Notes: generated from the sequence alone by a model not told the origin. Shown: positions 19,930 to 30,113, numbered from the stretch's first letter. The stretch is 64,000 bases of DNA from a bacterium (GCA_030647205.1 JAUSJO010000003.1:10602-74601), one strand, 5' to 3'. Numbers and translations: made by a program.

Positions 19930-22131
19930 TTAAATTAATGGCAGTTGTTTTGCTATGGGCATTTTAACTGAAAAGGTTGTTCCTTCTCCTTGTTTACCTG
20001 AAACACCGATCTCTCCGCCGTGCGCAACAACCAGTTTCTTTGTGATATATAGGCCTAGTCCTGTTCCGCCGGCTTGGATACTCAGAGGATTATGAATCCG
20101 CGAAAACCTTCTGAAAAGCTTATCTTGGTCTTCTTTTGCTACGCCGACACCGTTATCTTTTATCGATACCTCGGCAAATTCTTTTCCTGATGTGATATTG
20201 ATCTCTACTTTTCCGCCATCAAAAGAATATTTTACGGCGTTATCTATCAAGTTACCGAGTATTTGCATAAACCTAGCTCTATCAGCCAAAATATAAATAT
20301 TAAGATTTTTGCATTGGTGCTCTGTACTACTCTTGCTTTTCTTGAGGCAACATTCAATATTTTTATTCTGCACAGTTACGGCAATCTTTTTTGTCTTAAT
20401 CTTCGCGCCAAGCTCCCGGATCATCATACAAACCGCTTCCGATAGATTTAGAGGTTCCTTGTGCAAGTTAAACTTGCCGAGCTCTATTCTCGATACATCA
20501 AGGATATCCTCAACTAACACTACCATCCTATCAGTACTTTCCTCCACTCTCGTAAGCGAACGTTCTTGTTTTTCGTTTAGCTTACCGTAGTCACTGTTTA
20601 ATGTCATAGTCAGATAGCCTTTCATGGCCGTAAGCGGGGTTCTGAGCTCGTGTGAGACCATGGACATAAACTCGTTTTTATCCTGCTCGACTTCCTTTCC
20701 CTTTGTTATGTCCTTGATATGGATAATCCCATATATTTCAGACTCCAAATCCTGCATGGCCGTTTTCATACTAATCATAACCCAGTATCTTCCGTTTTTA
20801 GTTTTGATATAGTACTCTTTTGGCCGGATAGTTCTGTGTGATGAAAAAAAGTTGTCAATTTTCTTTGAAAGAGCTTGCTGGTCTGTTGCCTTGAATCTAC
20901 TCAGGTTTTTAATCGAAGAAAGAGTTGGTGACTCAACTTCCGGATCCATTATTTTCAAAAGCGAAAAGATATTTTTCCCGCTTAGGCTTGTTTTCTTTGA
21001 ACCAAGGAGTTCACGCGCTTTTAAGTTCGCTTCGATAATTAGCTTGTCTCTTGAAAGTAGGATTATCCCATCATCAACATTATGAAAGACGGTTCTCCAT
21101 CTTTCCTTTTCCTCTATAATTTTTTTGGATGACTGTTGTCGTATAATGAATTTAGAGATTTTACTTGCTGCGAGTATAATAAGATTTTTTTCAAGGACAG
21201 AAAGGTTCTCTATGTTTTTGACACTATCCTCTATAAGGATAAAACCATTCATTTGGTTGCCTGTAGAAATCGGGTATATGGTGGTATGGCCCGTCCCCTT
21301 TCTTGTGATGAGTTCAAAATTTTGCTTTTCAGAAAGATCAAAGAAAGTGCGCTTTCTTCCGTGAGCATCGGCATACACCTTTGTTAGGCTGGCGATGAGT
21401 CTGACATTTTTGCTGTCCGTGCACTTATATAAGGGGATTGCTCGTATGGAGTCCGTGACACAGATAGATATATTGTCCACATCTACAAACTTGATCATCT
21501 CTTTTTTAATTTCTTTCAATTTTCGTCCCAGAGGGAGATCATCTTCTAAAATGTTTGGGAGGTCTTTCCTCGCCTGGAGTTCGACTCTTTGCCCCTCGGC
21601 TTCATGCAAAAGAATTATGTTTTCTAAAACACTCTCCATTTTTTTTGCAAAGACGTCTATCACTGCTTTTTGTGGCGGAAAGGAGCTTTTGTTTTGCCCG
21701 GAATAAGTTAAGTTTATAACACCTAAGACTTCGTCGTTTTTGATTATAGGAAAAGACAGGATTGCTCCGGAGCTTTTTTTGGAAATAATCTTAAATCTTT
21801 TATCTTTTTTTATATCTTCAATAAATACTCTTTTTTGGTGCTTGGCTGCCCAGCCGGCAACACCCTCGCCGAGTTTAAACGGATAAGTGGTTTTCTCACC
21901 AATTTTCCATAAGTAGTCATAGCTATCTAAAAACATGATAGTGCAACCCGAGGCTCCCGAATATTTCATGAGGAGATTCTTGGTCTTTTTGACCGAGGCG
22001 TCCATATTTTTTAAGTAAAAGTCAAAGTTTGCAATATCAAAAATGAGCTTCGTAATATCTCTACTACCAACATTACCAGCATTTCCACTTTGAAGCCCCA
22101 GTGCAGTTTCGTCTGCCTTCTCTTTTAACAT
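19930..22131 (-). CDS. Cytoplasmic GAF-PAS sensor histidine kinase
   Basis: GEGVAGW GAF motif, VDDGII PAS, SHELRTPL, NLIDNAVKY, DNGVG, GTGLGL. Confidence 0.92.
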   Translation of the reverse strand: MLKEKADETALGLQSGNAGNVGSRDITKLIFDIANFDFYLKNMDASVKKTKNLLMKYSGASGCTIMFLDSYDYLWKIGEKTTYPFKLGEGVAGWAAKHQKRVFIEDIKKDKRFKIISKKSSGAILSFPIIKNDEVLGVINLTYSGQNKSSFPPQKAVIDVFAKKMESVLENIILLHEAEGQRVELQARKDLPNILEDDLPLGRKLKEIKKEMIKFVDVDNISICVTDSIRAIPLYKCTDSKNVRLIASLTKVYADAHGRKRTFFDLSEKQNFELITRKGTGHTTIYPISTGNQMNGFILIEDSVKNIENLSVLEKNLIILAASKISKFIIRQQSSKKIIEEKERWRTVFHNVDDGIILLSRDKLIIEANLKARELLGSKKTSLSGKNIFSLLKIMDPEVESPTLSSIKNLSRFKATDQQALSKKIDNFFSSHRTIRPKEYYIKTKNGRYWVMISMKTAMQDLESEIYGIIHIKDITKGKEVEQDKNEFMSMVSHELRTPLTAMKGYLTMTLNSDYGKLNEKQERSLTRVEESTDRMVVLVEDILDVSRIELGKFNLHKEPLNLSEAVCMMIRELGAKIKTKKIAVTVQNKNIECCLKKSKSSTEHQCKNLNIYILADRARFMQILGNLIDNAVKYSFDGGKVEINITSGKEFAEVSIKDNGVGVAKEDQDKLFRRFSRIHNPLSIQAGGTGLGLYITKKLVVAHGGEIGVSGKQGEGTTFSVKMPIAKQLPLI

Positions 22132-22220
22132 GTACTTAACAATAGTCTTTATTTATATTTCAAGCATTGTAAAAAAAATCAAAAACTTGCCTTTTGGCCA
22201 TACTATTTTTGTAAGAATAA

Positions 22221-24422
22221 CTAGTTGTTTTGAGTTTTATTCGTAGTTTTTTTATCAGTTGGAATAGTTTTGATCTTTTTATTAAAGACATTAAGATAAG
22301 AAAAGTCAGGCTTTAGGGTTGGTTCTTTTCCTGGGAGAAAGTATTCTAGCACATAAGGGCTGCCGTCTCTTGGAGCTTTTGCGAAAGTATAAGGATTGAC
22401 CCAAACCTCACTTAAGTTTTTGGGTTTCTCAAATGCAATATCAGGTCTGCTTTTTATGAGTCCGTCCATCACATCATGCCATATATATGCTGCACCCTCA
22501 ATACCACTAATCTGCCCCATTTTGCTTCGGTCATTGTTGCCCATCCAAACACCAACTGTTATTTCCGGGGTATAGCCCACCGTCCATGAGTCAGCATAGC
22601 TGTCGGTGGTTCCCGTTTTTGCCGCTACGGTGTGTCCTTTTATTTCAAGTTTGTTGCCATATCCAAACACTTTTTGTCTTGCTTTTGTGTCAGATAAAAT
22701 GCTTGTAGTCATATAAGCGACTCGTGGATCAAGAACCTCTTTTTTCTGTCGAGTGACCCTGTAGATGTTCTCATCTCTGTTGTCCAGCACTTTGCTTATC
22801 CCGGAAGGCATAGTTCGTTTTCCGCCGTCAGAAAGAGTTGAGTATGCCTCAACAAGATCGAGCAGTTTTACTTCCCCGCTTCCGAGACTTAGGGAAAGTC
22901 CATAGTTTTTAGGGTCATTATCCAGGGTTGTTATGCCCATGGCCTCAGCAGTTTTTATAACATTATCGATGCCTGCAAGCTGACCCATCTCGACTGTCGG
23001 AATATTGAGAGAGTTAGCGAGGGCATTTCTCGCGGATATATTCCCCATGTAACCGCCATTATAGTTTTTGGGAATATATGGAGGGATTCCACCGAAGTTA
23101 ATGGACTGATCTATCAGTTTTGTTAACGGGGAGTACCCTTGCAAAAATCCTGCAGAGTAGACTATTGGCTTAAACGACGAACCCGGTTGCCTCTCGGAAG
23201 TTGCAACATTGACTTTACTTTTCTCCCAGTCAACTCCGCCAACCATTGCTAAAACATCATTTGTTTTGTTGTCCATTACCACTACTGCCGAGTTTGAAAC
23301 ATGCGCATACTTAAATTTATTCACATATTCTTTAGCCTTTGCTTCGGCCAGATCCTGTTTTTCGGGGTCAAGAGTTGTATAGACCTTTAATCCCCCTGTC
23401 TCTACAAGTTCTGAGCCGTATAGACCGATTAGCTCTTGTTTTACATACTGTATGAAGTAAGGATATTTCATAGTGCTTGATCTCTCTCCACTCAAGGTTA
23501 GAGACTCATTGACTGCTTTTTTACCATCGTCTTCTGTGATGTATTTTTCCAATATCATCTGCTGAAGCACATATTCATGCCTCTTCTTACCATTTTCATA
23601 ATCTCCGCTAATGAGTGAATATCTGCTTGGTGCTGCCGGGAGCCCTGCGAGATAGCTGGACTCTGCAAGATCCAAATCTTTTAAGTCTTTCCCAAAATAT
23701 ATTTTTGCGGCATTTTTTATACCCTGGGCCTGTTCACCATAATAAATGCTATTTAGATATTGCTCCAGAATCTGGTCCTTAGACATCCTTTTCTCAAGCT
23801 CATATGAATATACGAGCTCTTTAAGTTTTCTCTCAAAGCTTTTTTCACCGGCAAGATATCTGTTTTTCACAAGCTGTTGGGTAATACTTGACCCTCCTTG
23901 TGAGTATTCGCTTTCAACAAAGAGGCCTGATAGTTTTGTTAATCCTGGTTTATCGCTTGCTTGATAATTTCGAAGAGCAGCTCTTAGTATTCCTTTGGCG
24001 TCGACCGGTCCGTGATTATAAAAATCCTTATCTTCAGCGGCTAATGTTGCCTTTTTTATAACGTCGGGAATTTGATCTAGAGGAACATAGTCTGGGTCGC
24101 TGGTTCCGAACCCCTCGTATATCACATTTCCGTTCTTGTCATAAAAAACAGCCTGTGTTCCCCCGCTTTTAGGTTTGGCGCTTTTAAAATCATTCGCATA
24201 CTTGAAATATATTCCTATAAGGAAGAACCCCAATGTTAAAAAACCAATTATAAAAAATATTAAAAGAGTTCTCCCAAGTACGGCAAAAGTCTTGGATAGA
24301 ATGTGCTTAAAAACAACCCACCACTGTTTTACAAACTTTTTACTGTCTGTCCCCTTCTTTTTTTTGTGGGGCTCGTGATGCTGTGTTTTTTTATTCTGAG
24401 ATTCGTGATCACCCTCAACCAT
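22221..24422 (-). CDS. Class A penicillin-binding protein
   Basis: AAEDKDFYNHG, QGGSSITQQLVK, QPGSSFK, SLN, KTGTT. Confidence 0.93.
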   Translation of the reverse strand: MVEGDHESQNKKTQHHEPHKKKKGTDSKKFVKQWWVVFKHILSKTFAVLGRTLLIFFIIGFLTLGFFLIGIYFKYANDFKSAKPKSGGTQAVFYDKNGNVIYEGFGTSDPDYVPLDQIPDVIKKATLAAEDKDFYNHGPVDAKGILRAALRNYQASDKPGLTKLSGLFVESEYSQGGSSITQQLVKNRYLAGEKSFERKLKELVYSYELEKRMSKDQILEQYLNSIYYGEQAQGIKNAAKIYFGKDLKDLDLAESSYLAGLPAAPSRYSLISGDYENGKKRHEYVLQQMILEKYITEDDGKKAVNESLTLSGERSSTMKYPYFIQYVKQELIGLYGSELVETGGLKVYTTLDPEKQDLAEAKAKEYVNKFKYAHVSNSAVVVMDNKTNDVLAMVGGVDWEKSKVNVATSERQPGSSFKPIVYSAGFLQGYSPLTKLIDQSINFGGIPPYIPKNYNGGYMGNISARNALANSLNIPTVEMGQLAGIDNVIKTAEAMGITTLDNDPKNYGLSLSLGSGEVKLLDLVEAYSTLSDGGKRTMPSGISKVLDNRDENIYRVTRQKKEVLDPRVAYMTTSILSDTKARQKVFGYGNKLEIKGHTVAAKTGTTDSYADSWTVGYTPEITVGVWMGNNDRSKMGQISGIEGAAYIWHDVMDGLIKSRPDIAFEKPKNLSEVWVNPYTFAKAPRDGSPYVLEYFLPGKEPTLKPDFSYLNVFNKKIKTIPTDKKTTNKTQNN

Positions 24423-24501
24423 ATCGAAATTTATTTAATAACTAGCTTCTAATAAGTTAATTGTAATAGCAAAAGATGTTTTTGTTAAGAAGTAAAATGA
24501 C

Positions 24502-25160
24502 AAAAATAAAAAACTCTCACATAAGTGAGAGAAATGATTCGGGGCGACACACAGTGTCGGTGTCGCCCCGTGACAGATTCTTTTTTTTGTGAATCCTGTC
24601 AGTGTTGGAGAGTTAGGCATACTCCCCGAGTAACAATAAACCAAATTTTGAAGTGTGAGGCTGGGTGCCTCCAAGTCTTTATCCTTGCACCGGGCTGTAT
24701 CCTCGGGAAAAATGTTTTTCCCTGAAGGACGAAAAAAGCGTCGGTTCGTCAGAATAAATCGTTGGAGGGCACCCTCGCGCTCAATCTGTTTTTCCTCCAC
24801 GGAAGGTGAGTCATCGGTCAGTCTAAATGTGCCTAGTTACAAAAACCAAAACGGTTCTTGTAGTGACTGAAAGAAGCTCGACGATGCGTATTGGAAGGTA
24901 CCGGTTACCGGTACGAGTGGGTGGTTATAAGGTCACCCTAAAGCAATTTAATTATTCTGAGACATACCCGTAAAGGATATGCCTCTAGCGTCTCAGACCC
25001 ATCCTTGTTTCTCCTTTCAACGCGGCCAGGCATCGGAGATATAGATCGGTCTCCCCAAAGGGGAATATGGGTTGCTCCTTGCACCATCAATGTACCATAT
25101 GTCAAACTGGTACCACCTCTATTTGGTGTTGAAAATGTGCGTAAGGGCTAACCCTAATGA
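24502..25160 (-). ncRNA. Candidate large structured RNA (~650 nt)
   Basis: TTGACT(25189-94)-17-TATAAT(25166-71); boxA-like 25127-25141; many hairpins; terminator 24502-24531. Confidence 0.6.
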
Positions 25161-25234
25161 AAAGTATTATATCAAAAGTTCTTATGTTAGTCAAGAGTTT
25201 TTTAAAATAAGGAAATGTTTCCTTTGACTTTTTA

Positions 25235-25648
25235 TAAAGAGAGCGGCCCTATGATAGGGCCGCAAGTGGGGAGTTGTAATAAGGCCCTGGCTGGGCCGGC
25301 AAACAACTTCTGTTGGAGGTAGGCACTCCTCCCAAATTTCTTAAATTTTATGGGTGGCCCCTGTTTCGGGGAACGGGGCCACCCTGCCGGTTCCTGTTTT
25401 TGTGTTTCTTTTGGTGAGCGGGCCTGCTGGAGCAGTTAAATTCCCGGATCGTTGAGATTGGATTAACAGGTAAACCTGATCTCAATTTTTGAAATATTTA
25501 GGGTACTTATCTGGTTGGTTTTATATCTTCCCAGCCTTGATAAAAAGTTTGGCTCTAGGGCCGCCGGATATCCTCTGTTTTACTTCGTTGGGAGCTTGCC
25601 CCCTCCTACTTCCAAAGCCTATCCGACGACCCAGAACGTTTAGAGCGA
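25235..25648 (-). ncRNA. Candidate structured RNA (~410 nt)
   Basis: TTGACT(25677-82)-17-TATACT(25654-59); no ATG on this strand; nested stems; terminal hairpin 25243-25263. Confidence 0.6.
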
Positions 25649-25690
25649 CCAAAAGTATACTAAATTTTTATCCCCAAGTCAATGGTCTTT

Positions 25691-26536
25691 CTAGAAATCC
25701 TTATGCAACTCAATACCAAAAGTAGTGTTTAAAGTCATCAAAGTACCGTAGAGAGGTGCTTTGTCTCCAATACTTGACTCAAGGAGAGTAATATTATTTA
25801 CGAATCCCTTAAGTCTTTTTTCAAGGTTTTTAATAAAGTCCGGGTGTTTGATGATGACATTCCCATCTAAAATCAAGTAATCTACCGGATGTTTTTCCAG
25901 TATCTTCAAGATTCCTTTTTCCATGCATTCTAAAACAGTATCCCACTCTTCCCTGCTCAACTCTGACATTTTTTTATTTAACCTTTTCTCTACAGCATAC
26001 CCACCAACATAGCTTTCTATGCAGTCGACTTTGCCGCATCTACACTTACGGCCATCACCTCCTATGTTTAAATGGCCGGGCTCGTACTCGTAAACCACAA
26101 GTTGATTACCCAACTTCTCAACGGTTACTCCTCCAAGCCCTGTCCCCCAAGTCAAAAATGTAAAAGATTTTAGGTTTTTACCGTTTCCCCAAACGGATTC
26201 AGCAATTCCTCCTGCTGTTCCGTCGTTAATAATGTTAACGGGAATTTTATATTCAGATTTTAAGTCGGAGAGAAGGCTCTCTGCCTTCCATGCGGGAATG
26301 TTTGGATCAACCACTGTTTTCCCGTCGGCACTTATTCCGGAAGCTATGGATACTCCGATGGCATCAAGTTTTTCATTATTGCTAAACTTACTAATAGCAT
26401 CAGTTATATTCCGAAGTCCTCTTGTATAGTCTTCTTTGGTTTTGAATTTTATATATTCAGTCAGTGTATTTGAATCAAGAGATGTAAAAGAACCGACTCG
26501 AGTGTTTGTTCCACCAATGTCTAATGCGATATACAT
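25691..26536 (-). CDS. ROK-family sugar kinase
   Basis: ALDIGGT, IND, GTGLGG, EPGH, CRCG..DCIE. Confidence 0.9.
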   Translation of the reverse strand: MYIALDIGGTNTRVGSFTSLDSNTLTEYIKFKTKEDYTRGLRNITDAISKFSNNEKLDAIGVSIASGISADGKTVVDPNIPAWKAESLLSDLKSEYKIPVNIINDGTAGGIAESVWGNGKNLKSFTFLTWGTGLGGVTVEKLGNQLVVYEYEPGHLNIGGDGRKCRCGKVDCIESYVGGYAVEKRLNKKMSELSREEWDTVLECMEKGILKILEKHPVDYLILDGNVIIKHPDFIKNLEKRLKGFVNNITLLESSIGDKAPLYGTLMTLNTTFGIELHKDF

Positions 26537-26537
26537 A

Positions 26538-26819
26538 TTACCTTTTTACTTTCAGAAACGCCCCTCGGCCCCTTTCTTCATAAACGATCTGCCACCATTT
26601 TCTGCCGACAGGGACTCCAAACATTGCTCCGATAATGGCTAGTATTCCACCTACGACTTCAGATGTGCGGTCATTCATTTCTAAAAGTGTGCCATTAAAG
26701 TTTATAAGGACAAAAATTAGATATATCAAAGCAGCGACTGAGGCCAAAAGAATCATTACCATGATGATATAGATAATCCTCTTTTGCTTTTTACCGATTT
26801 TATTTTCTGTTTTTATCAT
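26538..26819 (-). CDS. Small two-TM membrane protein
   Basis: Two hydrophobic segments; overlaps the kinase end. Confidence 0.7.
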   Translation of the reverse strand: MIKTENKIGKKQKRIIYIIMVMILLASVAALIYLIFVLINFNGTLLEMNDRTSEVVGGILAIIGAMFGVPVGRKWWQIVYEERGRGAFLKVKR

Positions 26820-28905
26820 TATCCTCGGATGTTGTTAATGATATATAAAATGTGGTTCCCTTCCCTTCGGCACTCTCGAACCAAATACGCCCATGGTGCG
26901 CTTGTATAATAAGTTTCGCCAAGTAAAGACCGAGACCCACTCCCTCATATTCATAAGTATATGTGCTGGTTCCGCGATTGAACTTCTGGAAAACATTTAC
27001 CTTTTCATTTTTTGCTATTCCGATGCCGGTATCTTCTATGGTTATGATAACCTCTTTCCTGCCAATGGTAGGTTGTTTTGTATCATCAATTATTTTTTCC
27101 AAGACAACTTTCCCACCTTCTTTGTTGAATTTTATTGCATTTTCTAAAACTGCAATAAATGCTTGTTTGAGTTTGGCCTGGTCGCCAATGGTTTTGACTC
27201 TTTCATTACCAATTTTATTTTCTATTTTTATGTTTTTAGCGTTTGCCTGTGAAGAAACTTCCTCCAGAACGTTTTCAATAATTGCCGTTAAATCCACCGA
27301 GTCTTTTTCTATCTTTACCCCTTGAGTCTCAAGTGATGTTATATTCACAAGGCCTTCAGTAAGTGATGTTAGGGCCGTTGCACTGCGCTCGGCTTTTTGT
27401 AATGTTTCTTTTTGTTTCTTTGTTAACTTTTCAGCCCCAAGCATATCCAAGTAACCTCTTAAGGTTGTAAGCGGAGTCCTTAGATTATGTGAGGCAATAG
27501 CAATAAACTCATTTTTTAACTTATCCATTTTCATAAGGTCATTGATCTGTTTTTGTAGTGTCTGAGACATGTTGGTAAAGACATTAGCCAGAACCATGAG
27601 TTCATCGTTGCTTTTAACTCGTATTTGCGTGTTAAAGTCCCCTTCCGCAATCCTCTTTGAGGCGTCGGTGATTTTTTTAATAGGGGTTATAATATTTATT
27701 CTTGTAAACATTAGAGTCATGAATCCGGTAAGGATAAATACAGCTGCTATCACTACAGACGAGTAAACGATCTGCTTGTTAAACTCTGCGCTGATTTTTG
27801 AATAATCTGATGAGACAACCAGATAGCCTTTTTGAGGGGCTAAACTTACAACGGTATCTAAAAACTCGCTGCCGTTTTCTTTATACTTTATATCCCAGCC
27901 ATATCCATCCTTTGTTTTGTCGCTATCTGCAAATGTACGGTATTTTGTATCTTCCTTTTTTTTCTCCGAATGATGCAGAACCGTTCCGTCAGAGTCTATA
28001 AAGAAAACTGATATTTCATGTTGATAGGTATCTGTGAGACTATCGGCCATCTGGTAGGAGCTCTCCAGATTCCCATCTTTAATATATTCCCTTACGTGTT
28101 CGACAATGTGTCGATTGGTATGGAATGTTTCTTCATAGCGCCGTTGTGTATAAGAAATACCTATGTAAGATCCAATTATTATTGCGCTCACGGTAAAATA
28201 TAAGAAAGTGTGTATAATAATTTTTGTTCCGAGAGATATCTGTTTGTTGATAAAGTAAAGAACCCCATAAATCAAAATGATTATAGCAAGAAACAGGCCG
28301 ATAAAAGTAAGTTCAAGCTGCCGGACTGTTCCAATAAGTGTTTGTCCGGCTGAGTAGTATGATGCTTTGCTGAGTAAAAACGTATGCAAAAAAACAGTAA
28401 CAAGGGCTAAATAACCAAAGAACCGTAAATACAAAGATTGCTTGCTGCCGAGCTTCTTGGATGCAAACTGGATAAGTCCGGCAAAGAGTATTACCAAGAT
28501 TAAAACGGATACTTTAGCGAAAAGTATGGAAAGACTTTCTTTTGAGAGCCACTCGCTTGGGAACTCATTGGTTAGAACGAGTACCACAAGTGCTACGTGC
28601 ATAAGCGCGTTAACAAGTCCAATAACACCCATTCCTCTTCCTGCGTGAACAAGTTTTTTTGCACCGGTACTATACTGAGCGACTGTTTCAAAAATAACGA
28701 AAATTCCAAGTAGTAAAAAAGCGTTTAGAGCTAGGGCCTTATTGCCGGATATAATAATATTCAAATGTTGCTTGGAGACCATGACTTGGAGCACGAAAAA
28801 CAATAGAAAGGATAGCGTAGCAACCATTATAGCTGCAAAAAGGCTTTTGCCGTTACCCTCCGTTTTGTCAAGTATAGGTTTTTCAGGCTCATTCGGAATA
28901 TTCAT
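26800..28905 (-). CDS. Membrane sensor histidine kinase (multi-TM N-terminus, Cache-like, HAMP, HisKA, HATPase)
   Basis: PIKKI...DEL..LA..F..M HAMP, SHNLRTPL, NAIKF, DTGIG, GVGLGL. Confidence 0.92.
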   Translation of the reverse strand: MNIPNEPEKPILDKTEGNGKSLFAAIMVATLSFLLFFVLQVMVSKQHLNIIISGNKALALNAFLLLGIFVIFETVAQYSTGAKKLVHAGRGMGVIGLVNALMHVALVVLVLTNEFPSEWLSKESLSILFAKVSVLILVILFAGLIQFASKKLGSKQSLYLRFFGYLALVTVFLHTFLLSKASYYSAGQTLIGTVRQLELTFIGLFLAIIILIYGVLYFINKQISLGTKIIIHTFLYFTVSAIIIGSYIGISYTQRRYEETFHTNRHIVEHVREYIKDGNLESSYQMADSLTDTYQHEISVFFIDSDGTVLHHSEKKKEDTKYRTFADSDKTKDGYGWDIKYKENGSEFLDTVVSLAPQKGYLVVSSDYSKISAEFNKQIVYSSVVIAAVFILTGFMTLMFTRINIITPIKKITDASKRIAEGDFNTQIRVKSNDELMVLANVFTNMSQTLQKQINDLMKMDKLKNEFIAIASHNLRTPLTTLRGYLDMLGAEKLTKKQKETLQKAERSATALTSLTEGLVNITSLETQGVKIEKDSVDLTAIIENVLEEVSSQANAKNIKIENKIGNERVKTIGDQAKLKQAFIAVLENAIKFNKEGGKVVLEKIIDDTKQPTIGRKEVIITIEDTGIGIAKNEKVNVFQKFNRGTSTYTYEYEGVGLGLYLAKLIIQAHHGRIWFESAEGKGTTFYISLTTSEDNDKNRK

Positions 28906-29020
28906 GCTAAACGTATTCTAACATAAACATATCTTTAGTATAAAGAATATTTTTTAAAAAAATATATTTACAGAAGATATTGAAAAGATTATGATTTTAT
29001 TATAAACAAAGGAAATTATT

Positions 29021-29959
29021 ATGGCAGATACATCAAGCCCGGTTGCCGGAGGAATGGATAACAAGAAAAGTTTAGATTATGTTGGCATTTTAAAAAATGC
29101 ATTTAACATAGTTCGACATAACAGGTATTTATGGTACTTGGGCATTTTGGCCGGGACTGCAGGGTCTGGTTATGGCGGAAACTTTGGAGGCTCTTCTGGT
29201 CGGACAAATAGTAGTGGAGATTTAGACGTTAACCAGGTTTGGACAGAGGCTCTCAAATGGATTCAGGCGCACATAGTATTGATTATTGTAGTATCTTCTA
29301 TTTTGCTTATTTTATGCATAGTTTTCACAGTGCTTTCAAATATGGCCAAAGCCGGTCTTGTCCACTCTGTTGATAGTCTTTCCAGAAATGAAGAAAGCTC
29401 ATTTGGCAAGGCTATGAAGTTTGGTTGGCATAAGTTTTGGCGGGTTTTTGGTTCAGGATTTTTGATTGGACTAGCTGTTTTAGGGATAATCATTTTACTT
29501 ATGGTCCCTATAGTTGCGGTCTTGTTTATCAATCCTTTGGCCTCTATACCAATAGTTTTAATTGCGTTACCTGTCATGTTTTTTGTTACAGTCATCTCTG
29601 GAATTATTTATCAGTATTCACTTAGGTATATCTCCCTAAAGGATGAGAAAGTAATAGTATCAATAAAAAGTGGATATGGCCTTTTAAAGAGGAAGAAAAA
29701 AGATACCGCACTTATATGGCTTATAGCAGCCGGGGTATCAATGGTTTTTGGTATTGCCCTCGTATTCGCTATCTTACTTGTTGCTCTCATCTTGTTTCTG
29801 CTTGGACTGCTTCTCTTTATAATTTCTCAATTCGCCGGTATTATTTATGTGGTTGTTGCTGCAACAGCATTCATAGTATTTTTGTTTGTAGCAGGAGGGT
29901 TTATCAGTTCTCTAGTTTCCGCATACTGGACGCTTTGTTTTAAAGAAATGATAGAATAA
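29021..29959 (+). CDS. Multi-pass membrane protein of unknown function
   Basis: 312 aa ORF with several TM segments. Confidence 0.8.
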   Translation: MADTSSPVAGGMDNKKSLDYVGILKNAFNIVRHNRYLWYLGILAGTAGSGYGGNFGGSSGRTNSSGDLDVNQVWTEALKWIQAHIVLIIVVSSILLILCIVFTVLSNMAKAGLVHSVDSLSRNEESSFGKAMKFGWHKFWRVFGSGFLIGLAVLGIIILLMVPIVAVLFINPLASIPIVLIALPVMFFVTVISGIIYQYSLRYISLKDEKVIVSIKSGYGLLKRKKKDTALIWLIAAGVSMVFGIALVFAILLVALILFLLGLLLFIISQFAGIIYVVVAATAFIVFLFVAGGFISSLVSAYWTLCFKEMIE

Positions 29960-29982
29960 CCACCAGATGTAATACGGAAAAT

Positions 29983-30014
29983 AAAAAAAGACTCCGTTTG
30001 GGGGGTCTTTTTTT
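29983..30014. terminator. Bidirectional terminator
   Basis: A7-GACTCC-gtttg-GGGGTC-T7. Confidence 0.75.
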
Positions 30015-30023
30015 AATGCTTCT

Positions 30024-30113
30024 TTAGAACAGAAGCAAAAATTTATGTGATTTTGCTTTGACTGTGTCTAAAAGAAACGATATTGTATGAATTTCAATCA
30101 ATGATGTTATCAA
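30024..30113 (-). CDS. Possible 29-aa peptide (or sRNA) MITSLIEIHTISFLLDTVKAKSHKFLLLF
   Basis: SD GAAAGGT then TTG; driven by TTGACA(30169-74)-17-TATAAT(30146-51). Confidence 0.35.
   Translation of the reverse strand: MITSLIEIHTISFLLDTVKAKSHKFLLLF

Noticed and set aside
24715-24752. CTGACGA...GAAA resembling a hammerhead ribozyme core
   Set aside because: The stem II closing pair would be A-G and stems I/III could not be built
24435-24800. 121-aa minus-strand ORF
   Set aside because: GTG start without SD, no protein-like features, and it runs through strong hairpins and the terminator
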